A DNA stretch of 64,000 bases, taken from assembly GCA_963782115.1 (NCBI GenBank), contig CAWAIK010000003.1:256001-320000 (forward strand). The letters run 5' to 3'. Of the stretch, positions 1 through 10,375 are shown in pieces. The translations under genes were made by a program, and so were the position numbers. The notes under the pieces were generated by a model. The model was not told where the DNA came from. It did no database searches and worked only from the letters and a program-made list of their open reading frames with translations. Origin of the DNA: an uncultured Verrucomicrobiae bacterium (lineage in GTDB: Bacteria; Verrucomicrobiota; Verrucomicrobiia; Chthoniobacterales; JAFAMB01). Within the stretch, counting starts at the first letter, position 1, and the number at the start of each line of letters is the position of its first letter.

Positions 1-141
1 GTTTTGATCGTGCGAAGCGTGACGCCCCAGTTCCACGCCGATCTCCTTGTTGAGACACAGCAGAGGAGAGCGAGCGCGCAATTGAGGTCACTTTTCATTT
101 TGTAGATTTAATCTCAAGATCCGGTCTATTTCCTCCATCCC

Positions 142-819
142 TTGCTTGTTCTGATGGGATCCGTGTTCAGATGGCACAATTTTTTCCGATTGTGCGCCGT
201 CCAGGTGAATTTCTTTCCCGCACCGCACGAGGTAGACTGCTACCTTTTCCATCATATTTCCGAGCGGCGATTCGACGAAATAAAGGACCCGGATATCGAG
301 AAGCAAATCGAAGCGGTTTACGATAAGGCTGCCAGTCGCGGTTTTGGCTGGGAAGCGATTGTATGCGAGTACTGGAAGCATGATTCCTCCGGGTTAATGT
401 TCTCTGCCAGGGGTCGAGGTAGGAAAGACGCCAAAGGCGAGATGCTGATAAATTCCATGTACGTCTTCTACGATCTGCGTAACAAGCGGCCGGAGATCGC
501 TAGCGAAGAGACTTTCAGCCCGGCCTCTGGTTCCCCAGACTCGAACGAAAATGAAAAGGATAATCATCGGCATCCCAGGTCGGACCGGATCGAGGAAGAG
601 GGGGCTCAGATCGGGCAAGCTTCGTTGGAGAGCGAATTGAACGTGATCTACAATCTCTTCAAGAACAAACTCGATACGCAGAGCAAAGCGGCCCTAGTCA
701 CGGAGGAAAAACAGTGGCTAACCCAACGCGACAAGCTGGATCCCCAACATAGCGACAAAGGCGAATTCACTCAGGAGCGAATCGATACCTTATGTGCGCG
801 ATTTATCCAACAGCAGTGA
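142..819 (+). CDS. Hypothetical protein with C-terminal LprI/DUF1311-like helical domain (start uncertain)
   Basis: C-terminus ESELNVIYNLFKNKL...LVTEEKQWLTQRDK...ERIDTL resembles the DUF1311 pattern. Confidence 0.5.
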   Translation: MLVLMGSVFRWHNFFRLCAVQVNFFPAPHEVDCYLFHHISERRFDEIKDPDIEKQIEAVYDKAASRGFGWEAIVCEYWKHDSSGLMFSARGRGRKDAKGEMLINSMYVFYDLRNKRPEIASEETFSPASGSPDSNENEKDNHRHPRSDRIEEEGAQIGQASLESELNVIYNLFKNKLDTQSKAALVTEEKQWLTQRDKLDPQHSDKGEFTQERIDTLCARFIQQQ

Positions 820-1939
820 AACGCCGTGCCATTTTTGAATTCCCGCGGAAAATGACGCAGTCCCCTGCTGGGTATGATTTGTCGATTGAGATCAAGTGGG
901 TCCGCTGCATTCCAATTCGGTCATCTGAGCAGACAACGCCTTCATTGTTTCTGCGCTCTCGTTTTATACCAGGCGGTTTCCAGGTAGTCACGCTCTACGA
1001 TTTAAGTGTAGCCCGACAGAAGATCTCCACCCCAAACGGCGAAAAGCCTAGCCCAGGGTAAAACCGTGGACTGCGATTTGGTCCCTTTTTCAGGGAGAGA
1101 TTTGTACCCTTCCCTTGAAGTTCGCGCGCATGGGCAGCCGCCCGATCCGCATAGGCACGGTTTTTAAGAAGCAAACCGGGACGCTTCGCATACGCGACTT
1201 TGCAAGCAACGCCTCTCCAGTCTAACGTTCGCTCATACGCCCACACGCCGATAGCCTCACCGCGCAAATCCCCTCTCTTATTACCCGTTCGGATTATTTT
1301 TCATTTTTTGGAGTTGCAAACGCCGGTTCTTTGGTGTTGGTTCGTCACCGTTAGTATTCGTACAGATTTTTTCGTACAAACTTCTTTCGAAGAAAGGAGG
1401 TAACTGTTTGATGATTGCTAAATACATCTCTCTGCTTAATCCAGTCGTAATGACGGTTGGCCTCCACGTTCCGGGGAATCCTTGAGAGGGTCACGTTAGA
1501 GACCCGCCCGACGAAAGTACGCCGGGGATAGCGAATTCCCTCACGCCGAGTTGATCTATACATCGGAAGGGCTTCCGGTCGCATAAGAACTCTTTCTTTA
1601 AGCGTTGTATATTCAAACATATGAAACGTTTGAAACGAACGCGCATGGGGCGCGTAACAATCATAAGTTATATGAAAATATTTTTAAATCCGAGTCGTTT
1701 CATAGCTCGGGACCATTCCGGGCCTGATCCTATGGTCCCAGGCAACGCCGAGCTCTTGAGAGATTCGTCGAGATCAGAACACATTTTGTTGATTGGACTT
1801 CGGTCGCCGGGCGATCAACTCCAGGTTGTTGCAATAAAATTTTGTCAATCGAATGAGCTAGGCCGTTCGGTGTAACTATAATTGTCACACTAACAGCGCT
1901 CAACGAGCGCACAACTTCTCAAGGTGCAGACAGGAACCT

Positions 1940-2158
1940 ATGTCAAGAGACCTCAAGCGTACTTCAGCCGGCATTAGTCTGCTAATGCTAGCGCTAGGAT
2001 TCTCCTTGCTAGGGATACTGTCATTCATCAGCAGGCAGCAGGGAGAATTGGCAATTACGTCTGGTGTTGAGCAGAATTGTTGTGTCGCGGGAAGCGCCGC
2101 CAGTGTGTTAGCAGGGGCGATATTTCTTGTTGCCGCGTGTATCTACTGGAGAAGGTAA
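1940..2158 (+). CDS. Small two-TM membrane protein
   Basis: 72 aa with two hydrophobic stretches; AGGA upstream of the ATG. Confidence 0.45.
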   Translation: MSRDLKRTSAGISLLMLALGFSLLGILSFISRQQGELAITSGVEQNCCVAGSAASVLAGAIFLVAACIYWRR

Positions 2159-2175
2159 CCATCAGAAGGATAAAA

Positions 2176-2203
2176 GCTCGCACGGAGGCCCCTCCGTGCG
2201 AGC
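2176..2203 (-). terminator. GC-rich hairpin, probable intrinsic terminator
   Basis: Perfect 13-bp stem gctcgcacggagg/cctccgtgcgagc, followed by TTTTAT on the minus strand. Confidence 0.5.
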
Positions 2204-2393
2204 ATGCCGTTGTCCTGCACGATAATCTTCGACATGACACCAAGGCCATTCTCCTCGACGGTTACATTGATCGTGGAGGCATCGGCGTCGAGGCTGTTCC
2301 AAATAAATTCGGCGAATGCCTGAACCGTTTTGCCCGAGTGATCTTCTCAAGAAAATCACTCTGTGCTTCGACCAGATACGAGTGATTTGCCAT
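2204..2393 (-). pseudogene. N-terminal stub of a GHKL (HATPase_c_3/MORC-like) ATPase, frameshifted and truncated
   Basis: Manual translation MANHSYLVEAQSDFLEKITRAK/VQAFAEFIWNSLDADASTINV...IIVQDNG contains the ExxxNxxDA N-box and the DNG G1 box. Confidence 0.7.
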
Positions 2394-2399
2394 GCTACC

Positions 2400-2723
2400 C
2401 TACGCCGTCGCCTCGCGCGCGACTGTTTCCACGCGCCGAACCCGGACCTTCACCTCGACGCGCGACCCGAGCCGGTTGATGATCGACATGAGGCGATCCA
2501 CGGTGAACCGTCCGAGGTCCGCATTTCGGATACGCGAGAAGTCCGCCGCCGCAATGCCGGTGCGGCCGTGCGCGGCGCGCACGGTCAGGTGTTCCCGGTC
2601 GAGCGCCTTGATGATTTCGGAGGCCAGGATGGCCTTGAATTGTTCGGCATCGGCGTTTTCATGCCCGAGGTAGCGGAACACATTGCCGCTTCCCCGCACC
2701 ACTTCCAGCTTTTCGCTTTTCAT
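2400..2723 (-). CDS. XRE-family HTH antitoxin (HigA-like)
   Basis: GSGNVF start, HTH, FTVDRLM...LGSRVEV tail; overlaps the end of the toxin gene. Confidence 0.85.
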   Translation of the reverse strand: MKSEKLEVVRGSGNVFRYLGHENADAEQFKAILASEIIKALDREHLTVRAAHGRTGIAAADFSRIRNADLGRFTVDRLMSIINRLGSRVEVKVRVRRVETVAREATA

Positions 2724-3079
2724 CGCAACATCTCCTTCAGTCTCTCTTCAACGGTCCTTTATCAGGTCGATTTCGCGTTTGGGCGTCTTGATCCCCTGCG
2801 TCGATTTCTTCTGGAACGCGTGCACGACCCAGATTTCATCGGCGAGCTGTACCGCATAAACCACGCGGAATGCATCGCCCTTAAACGGCAGCGCAATCTC
2901 GAACACGCCCGACCCCATACCGTGCATGGGCTTTGCAACATCGGCCTTGCCGCCCTCGGCGGCGATCGTGAGGGCGGTAAGACAGATCGACCTGGCCCCT
3001 TCCGGGAACGTCTCAAATTCGTTCAGTGCCGCCCTGATCCCATGAAATGGGCCGTGTTTTCCGGGTCCGCTTAGCGCAT
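2720..3079 (-). pseudogene. RelE/HigB-like (Gp49/DUF891) toxin, disrupted
   Basis: Manual translation ...KPMHGMGSGVFEIALPFKGDAFRVVYAVQLADEIWVVHAFQKKSTQGIKTPKREIDLIKDR; frame breaks near 3040, near the start and near 2747. Confidence 0.8.
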
Positions 3080-3096
3080 ATCACTCATATAGGTAT

Positions 3097-3114
3097 GTTG
3101 TCATATTTGACAAC
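3097..3114. promoter_or_regulatory. Palindromic operator upstream of the TA operon
   Basis: gttgtca-tatt-tgacaac, directly upstream of the toxin start. Confidence 0.55.
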
Positions 3115-3204
3115 GACCTGTCAAGCTATTGGAACCTAACTTGTTAGGCGCATATTGACTTCGTTTTGTTAAGTTGCTAGCCGGGCACAGGCGATCATAA
3201 TCCC

Positions 3205-4326
3205 CTATTCCGCCGCGAGGCGACGGAGTTCGGCCAAGAACTCGGACGCTACTCGCAGTGCCTCGGCGGCTACCGCGGGTTCCACCTCGATCCCGTGCAC
3301 GGCTTCGTTCATCGTGGCCAACGTTTGAAGGAACGCGTCAGTGCCGGAAGGCACCCCGCTCGATTCTTTTAGTTCGCGAAGCGCTCCGCCAATGCCGAAG
3401 CCTCGCCGCGGTTCCAGGCCGCGAGATATCATCAACAGCCGAAGAACTCGCTCGATCTCAATTCTCACGGCCACGAGCGATAAGTAGGGTAGCTCACGTG
3501 CAAACTCCTCCAAAGTTGGAAGTTCGCCCTGGAGTTGGTCGGGCAGCGCGGTCGCGAGCCGATGTTGGGACACCCCCATCGGCTTCGCCGTGTCGCGTAG
3601 GGCGTACTCGACAATCAGCTCATTCCGACTCTTACACAGGATGATCCCAATACTCGGCCCGTCATCTGAATGACGGAGCTGTTCGTCGACCGCCCACAAA
3701 TAAAAATTCATTTTGCCCGCAAACTCACGCTCAAGATCTCGCTCCAGCAGGTCCGGCCCGAGGGTTAGAAAGTCGAAGCTGTAAGGGTCCTTGATGAGTT
3801 GTTGGGCGAGTTCGGACTGCACAGCTGGAAGGGTCCGTGAGAAGTTCGTAAGCGCCTTACCCTGACGCTCATAAAGATTACTCTCGATCTGGTGAACCAG
3901 GACGTTGCGGCTCCAACCGTGTTCGATCGCCTGCCGTGCGTACCATTCGCGGCGCGTAACGTCCTTGACGTGCTCCAAAAGCCGGATGACGTGGCCCCAC
4001 GGCAATCGTGCAACAACCTGTTGCACAAATGTGTGGTCGGGGTGGGCTTCCGCGAGCGCACGCACGTACTTAAGGTTCCTAGCAGACAATCCAGTCATAT
4101 CCGGAAAATCGCGTCGCAAGTCGGCCGAAAGTCGGTCGATCACGCGGGATCCCCAACCCTCCCGCGCCTGCCGTTCTAGAATCTCGCGACCGATACCCCA
4201 GTAGAGCAGAATCAGTTCCTGATTGACGGCCAACGCAGCTTGAAGTCGCGCCGTTCGGATGCGCAACTTTAATTCACGGAGCAGGATCTGATAACCGTCC
4301 ATTCCAGGACCAACAGGCTCATCCAC
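3205..4326 (-). CDS. YhcG/DUF1016-family protein with the nuclease core deleted and an extra C-terminal domain
   Basis: VNQELILLYWGIG, GWSRNVL, KDPYSFDFL and AGKMNFY...SIGIILCK motifs; the segment expected between LERDLER and EFAGKMNFY is absent. Confidence 0.85.
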   Translation of the reverse strand: MDEPVGPGMDGYQILLRELKLRIRTARLQAALAVNQELILLYWGIGREILERQAREGWGSRVIDRLSADLRRDFPDMTGLSARNLKYVRALAEAHPDHTFVQQVVARLPWGHVIRLLEHVKDVTRREWYARQAIEHGWSRNVLVHQIESNLYERQGKALTNFSRTLPAVQSELAQQLIKDPYSFDFLTLGPDLLERDLEREFAGKMNFYLWAVDEQLRHSDDGPSIGIILCKSRNELIVEYALRDTAKPMGVSQHRLATALPDQLQGELPTLEEFARELPYLSLVAVRIEIERVLRLLMISRGLEPRRGFGIGGALRELKESSGVPSGTDAFLQTLATMNEAVHGIEVEPAVAAEALRVASEFLAELRRLAAE

Positions 4327-4476
4327 CCGCTACGTTCCTTCGCTACGGCCAACCTGGCAAGCAATCCCCAATCGCGACGCATCCGGAGTCAATAAACGCT
4401 CGAAACGCGGGTTATGTGGCAATCCTTAAGGCCAGGCTAATTTTATTTTGAGATTTTGGGAATTTCCCTTTTGGCG

Positions 4477-7400
4477 TTAACAAAGAGGTAGGCGGAATCC
4501 ACGTCCTCCCAAGCCGCTCGCTTTTTGCCGCCGGTATTCTGCGTAAGTTACATCTGCGCGTTTCTCTAGCGGAATCGACGTCTGCTCCCTTGCGGTTCTG
4601 ATGGCTTCGCAGAACGAAGCCCCAATGTGGGTCTCGTCAGCACCTATTGCGGTGAGAAGCACACCGCGAAGCCGGTGCAGGTCGGCACGCCACAAGCGCT
4701 CTTCGAATCTTTCGATCAATCCTTCCGCCTCCCTTATAGCCTCAAGAGCTTCAAAGGTGCGATCTGCAAGGTGCAAAGCTTCAGCCTTTAGGCCCAGAAA
4801 AAATGGCACAGCCCGGAGCGCGCCGGTTGCCCGAAAGTCCTCTATTCCATCCACGATCCACGAGATGCCCTCAGTGGTATCGCCGGAGGTGCTGCGCGCC
4901 CAACCGCGGAGCACTTCTCCTTGAGGCAGCCAAAATGCAAAATTCTGACGCGTTGACAGTTCAATCGACTTGGATGCGAAGCGTTCCACCTCTGCAGGAT
5001 TACCCTCGTAGTAGGCGAAAACCGCTGCGTGCCATAATGCCACGGCTAGTCCGTGCATATCATTCATCTCTTTGGCCAGTGAGATCGCTTCTGCCACGGT
5101 CGTTTGGGAGGAGGCGATCTCTCCAAGATGCCACTTGGCCTGAGCTTCTAAGCATAGAACACTAACGGCGGATGCCCCAACCTCCTGGAGTTGAGACTGT
5201 ACGCTTTCCGAGCGCCAGATCTGAACGCCACGCATCGCGTATGGTAGCGCGGCCTCGAAATCGCCCATAAAATAGAGCGTGCTGGCCAAAGCGTTGTAGG
5301 CTGCTATCATTAGAGCAGAGTCATTCTGCTCCTGGGCCAGCGAGTAGAAATGATCTGCTATTTGCATCGTTGCCGTCAGCTTGTCCGTCTGAAGGGAATA
5401 GCGCCACCGACCCATCAGCGCGGAAAACAGGAGATGGGGGCGACTAAGGGAAACACACAGGGACTCAGCGCGTTCGTAACAAATTAGCGCCTCCGGTGCT
5501 GCGTATCCTCGTGTGGCCGTTAAATATAACCCGGCCTGCATGAGGATGAAGAGCTGATCTTCCGCGGTGAGACTTTGCCCCTCGACGCCCATTTGCACGG
5601 TTGCATCCCAGCGTCCGTGTTCGAAGAAATGAACTAAAACCGAGAGCAATGCCCCTCTGGCGCCGAGGACCTTAGCAGCAAAGAACGCCTCTCCCCGCTG
5701 AATTCGCGGGATGTAAACTTCATGCAGCGCTTCGTGAAATAGACCGGCATTGCACCCGCAGATGACGGCTAAGAAAAGTGGCTCCATCTCCCTGAAACTC
5801 TCTGGCAGCTGGGGCGCAAGCGTTCGATAATAGTAAAAGAGCCGCCTGTTGCATTCCTTCCAGTCCTCGGTTCGTTGGCTCCGCAGCTGTTCGCCGTAGT
5901 ACTCACGAACAAGGGGATGCGTATCCAAATGCCCACGATTCTGCGGATCTTCCCCAGCCAAGAGTCTTGCTCTTCTTAATCGGGCAAGAATCGTTCGCCA
6001 CTCGGTCGGGCTCAAATCCGTTAGTAACTCTGTAAGGCCATGAATCGCAGGCGGTTTCAATAGGGTTCCTAGCGCCTTTTCGTCAACGGGTCGATCAAAG
6101 AGACCTAACATGCGAAGAACCGATAGCTCGGGACCCTCGCCAATCCAGCTCTGGTAGGATTCCATGACCTTTCGCGCATGGACTCCCTCTCGTACGTCCT
6201 GAGCAAGACGTTCTGACACTTCTTTTTGACAACGAATATCTCCATTGTAAGCATCGGTCAGATAGCTGCCCAGCAGCGTAAGAGCGAGACAATGGCCACC
6301 GAACTCGTCGCTGGCACTTCGCAATTTCTCTTCCTCCCCCTTAACGCCCAGCGCTCGCAGCAGCTTCGCACCGGCCTCGCTGGATAGTTGTTCCAGGTCA
6401 CGACGCAGGGCTGAGGTACGTTCATGATCTGCAATATCAGCAACGGGGAGACGCGTGGTAATCAGGCAAAGCCCCGTGTTAAAGGCAGCGAGCTCGCGCA
6501 AGAGCGCCTGAATAGACGGCTCGCGTACCCGTCCCTCTTGTGGACCAGGCGGATTCTGGAGCGGCTCCAGGCCATCAAGGATCAGTAAGGTTCGCCGATG
6601 GGCCACTAGCCTCGCTAACCTCTCGCCCTTTTCCCACGCTGTTCCGATGCGTGGATCGCGATCCCCAAACCAAGTCAGAGGAGCGTCAAGGAATTCGTCT
6701 GCGGACGAAGTCCCCCCACTCGTGTCCTGTCGGTAGAAGGACCAGCCAAAAACGAGCTGCGCAGAACGATAACGTTCAGCAGCCATCCGTCGGAGCCAAT
6801 GGTTGAGGAGCGTCGACTTCCCAACACCGGCCCAAGCAGCAATTGTGACGACATTTACCTGTGGATTTGCCCAGGCGCATCCAGGAAAGTGATATCCTCC
6901 TCTCGACCAAAAACATCTCTTCCGGTAATGGGCAATCTGGCTACTGAAATTTTCTTTGGTCCCAGTCGTGCTGTCGATCTCCAAGTTCCGGCGTGCGAAG
7001 CCGCAGGCGGCGTCTTGTGTAAGCTTTCACGACTGATTCTACGCCGTGCGTCGATACGGTCGGTTATCGTTGGCATCGCCTGCAAGAGTTCGGCCGGATT
7101 CTGAAAACGGCGACCCGGATCCTTCTCAAGGAGCACCTCAAGTAGAACAGCGATTGGTTGCGGGACATCGTCGAGTTGTTCGAGCGGTAATGGCCCGTGT
7201 TGATGCTTATACATCACCTCAGCGGGCGTGCCCGGGAATGGCGCCTTGCCCGTCACCATCTCCCAGAGCGTCACGCCCAGCGAATAGAGATCCGAACGGA
7301 TGTCAACCGGGAGGCCCGCGAACTGCTCGGGACTGGCGAACTCCGGTGTTCCAGCAAAAACCCCGGGCATTGAAATCGCGATTTCAGCAGGGAAGTCGGT

Positions 7401-8063
7401 TGTAAGCTTTGCCAGACCGAGGTCGATAATCTTAACCATCGGCCCACCTTCCTCCTCGAAGCTCACCATGATGTTGCTGGGTTTGATGTCCCGGTGAACT
7501 ATCTTCTGCTTGTGCACCGCAGCCAAACCGGCAGCGACCTGCGTCGCGATTTCGAGTGCTAACTTTACCTCTAGCCGGCCTGAGCGTTTGATGAGATTCT
7601 CGAGCGTTTCCCCCTCTACAAACTCCATCGCGTAAAAGTAGTTCTGACCGGTTCTGCCTAGGTGGAAGACCGAGGCAACATTCGGGTGACGAACGCACGC
7701 CGCCGCGCGGGCTTCGCGTAAAAAACGAAGCCGCGCCGATTCATCACCGAGATATCGCTCGCTGATGACTTTCAGTGCCACAGGGCAGTGCAGATCAACG
7801 TCGAACGCCTTGTAAGTGACCCCCATCGCACCGCGACCCAATTCGACCGGTTTCCCGTCTTCGCCCGTCACCAGCTCATAATTCTCAAATCGTTGCACCG
7901 CCTGTTCCGGCGTCGGCTTGACCGTATCCTCGGAAGCAGAAGACGCGCCGGACTCGACCCCGCCAGCAAGAGCCTTGCGAAGCATGCAGACCGGACAGAA
8001 TTCCATCGCTCCAGAAAACTCATTGCCACAGATCGAGCAGGTGCGTTGGGGCTCCGTGCTCAT
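4477..8063 (-). pseudogene. Ser/Thr protein kinase - P-loop NTPase - TPR-like protein, split by one frameshift near 6876
   Basis: Kinase motifs GRGAMG, VALK, HRDIKPSN, DLG (6855-8063); Walker A AWAGVGKS, Walker B LLILDG and helical repeats (4477-6984); the frames join as TFLDA/AWANPQV. Confidence 0.85.
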
Positions 8064-8545
8064 GGGCGTAACCGCCCTTCAGCCGTAATCTGAGCCGAAA
8101 ACAACACCACGCTCCACCGAGTGGTGCGAAAGCGGCCAGCAGGGCCCCTTGGCAAACTGTTGTCCCGTTCCACAAGTTGTGTTTTCCATTATATGTGCTG
8201 CCAGTAGTAATAGGAACGAAAAACACCAGACTCACCGGGACATCCGACGGCACGACATACTCAACCGAACCAAGATCCAGAAAATTTTGGGCCGCCTAAA
8301 GGCACTCCTGATAAAAAGTGCCGCTTTAATTCTGCGGATTTTCTGAAACTCGGGCTTTCTCCTGCCTGTGGCACGCGCAACCGCCATTGACCAGTCTCTT
8401 CCGTGACCAGCAATCGACGACGTTCAGGTGGCAGCTGAGTCTCGCGGACGCGAAATGTGGAAAGATATTCCCAGCATGAGCTGAAGAGCCGCGATCATTT
8501 GCAAAAATGAAGAAAGGGAGGCTGTTTAGTCTTGATAACGGCGGA

Positions 8546-10132
8546 TTATCTTCGCGAAGCCGGGTATGTGGAGAGATCGATCCGCCTTCCCGCTACTAAA
8601 ATAGAACCAGAAGCTACGGTCCCGACCCAAAGCGGCAGAACGTAACGAGGCTGAGAGAGATTACAAATGCAGGTTGCCACATAAACGGCCAAGCCAATCC
8701 CGAAAATACATGTTGCCACGATGGCCAAGTCCGCCGATAGCTTTCCTCCGACCATCCGCCATGCGCCCATCGTCGCAAACAGTAGACACCAAACCGCGAT
8801 TGGTATAAAACGCCAATGCCGAATGAAATTATCGTGGAATGCGTGTTCTAGCGTGATTTGAGCAACCGCAGGCTCAAAAAACAATAGCGACCGAATTCCT
8901 GTCCACGCCCCTGGATCTTTCTCGATATCTTCAACTGAATAAAACGTCGCCTTTGGACCGGTTAAAGCAATTCCCTGGTCGTTTGTCGGATAAAATCCTT
9001 TCACGATATCCTTTAGGATGATTCTGATCAGGCGCGGGTCGAAAGTCCGATAAAAGCGTAACGCCACCTTGAGAGTGGTGCGATCCACTTCGGCCTGAAG
9101 TTTTTCACCTTGTAAACCGCTCTTGGTCAAGGCCTGCGCAATTACTTCATTCGTGCCTTGATAGTAGGTGCCGACTCGAATCAAAGAATTTATTGCGAGC
9201 TTCAGGTCCGGCTCATCGTCGTACTGAGATGCCCGGCGTTCCACCTCCTCTTTGTCCGCAGGCGATAGCGAATCCAAGAAGTTTCCAATCCGTTCACAAA
9301 GTGTTCGACCCACCATCTGTCTTTGAATCACACCGAATTTCTCGCACATTGCCGAAACGATTGCTTTTTCAATCCCAAGAACCAGTATGCTCAAAAGCAA
9401 AGCAAGCCCGGCGATATTAGCTAAACGTAGCGAAGAAGCTGATCCCTTTCTACTAAATAAATGAAAAACGAGGAGGAGGAATGCAGTCACCGGCATCCAA
9501 CCTAGAAGAAGGCCGCTGACGTGGCGCGACCCAATACACAGCAGCAAGACCAAGACATACACCAGCCAGGTTTGCCAAGTTGCCCAATCATTTAAGACAC
9601 GAAGTCCGACTCCAAATAAGGCGAACCACGTGATCGCTGTTGTTGCCTCAGCTCCGGCGGTGTGAGCAAACGAATAGAAGCTTGCGATCGAAGCCAGGAG
9701 GATGGTGATCGCGCCGCGACCAGCTTCCGAAGCGGGAATAGCCACCACAAAATATCGCAAAGCGAGCCACAAACCGGCATGTTGACAGACAATCAAAGCG
9801 TAAACCGCCGCTAGCGATGGATGCTGAGAAGAAAAAATGCTTGGCGACGAGCCAAGTAAGAGCGTGTCGGTCAACCAGAAGGGGATCCGGCCGAGTATGC
9901 AATAAATCGGAGGAACAAGCAGAATATTTCCTGAAGTAAATGGATCACCTAACTGGCACAAAACATCGGAGCTTTTCCAGAAGGGCAAGTAATAGATGAA
10001 AAACCATATCGATGGTAACATGAGGACCGGAAGTGGATGCCGTCCGATTAGATAGAGAGCCATGGACAGCGCACGACCAATTTGCTTTGTTACTCCCTTC
10101 AAACCAAGGCGAGCTGCAGAATTACTCAGCAC
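8546..10132 (-). CDS. Polytopic membrane protein, possible GT-C-type glycosyltransferase
   Basis: N-terminal TM bundle, large soluble loop, C-terminal TMs ending QPRYVLP. Confidence 0.6.
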   Translation of the reverse strand: MLSNSAARLGLKGVTKQIGRALSMALYLIGRHPLPVLMLPSIWFFIYYLPFWKSSDVLCQLGDPFTSGNILLVPPIYCILGRIPFWLTDTLLLGSSPSIFSSQHPSLAAVYALIVCQHAGLWLALRYFVVAIPASEAGRGAITILLASIASFYSFAHTAGAEATTAITWFALFGVGLRVLNDWATWQTWLVYVLVLLLCIGSRHVSGLLLGWMPVTAFLLLVFHLFSRKGSASSLRLANIAGLALLLSILVLGIEKAIVSAMCEKFGVIQRQMVGRTLCERIGNFLDSLSPADKEEVERRASQYDDEPDLKLAINSLIRVGTYYQGTNEVIAQALTKSGLQGEKLQAEVDRTTLKVALRFYRTFDPRLIRIILKDIVKGFYPTNDQGIALTGPKATFYSVEDIEKDPGAWTGIRSLLFFEPAVAQITLEHAFHDNFIRHWRFIPIAVWCLLFATMGAWRMVGGKLSADLAIVATCIFGIGLAVYVATCICNLSQPRYVLPLWVGTVASGSILVAGRRIDLSTYPASRR

Positions 10133-10375
10133 GGTGCAGACTCAACCACATCAATCTCCGGAAGCCAAGCCCTAACCCAATCCATAGTCGACGCTAGTCG
10201 ACGCCTCATCTCACGAAACGGAAAAAATCGTACGTTAATTAGGAAGGGAGAACGGGTCGAAGGGCCTGAATTTTCCGCACGCCGGTGCTGCCGCCAGCAG
10301 CAATCACCGGTGAGGTTGATTTGTTCCCAGCGCTTGCGTTTGACGAAACCGATGTCATGTTGTGTTGCTCTTTCC

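Noticed and set aside
1355..1392. ttcgtaca direct repeats as iterons
   Set aside because: Only two good copies and no rep gene.
2316..3074. 252-aa plus-strand ORF
   Set aside because: Antisense shadow of the toxin-antitoxin pair, which has recognisable motifs on the minus strand.
3135..3149. cctaac-tt-gttagg as an integron attC site
   Set aside because: Far too short, no L boxes, and no integrase or cassette array.
6860..6890. Programmed frameshift in the kinase gene
   Set aside because: No slippery heptamer at the junction; a 1-bp loss explains it.
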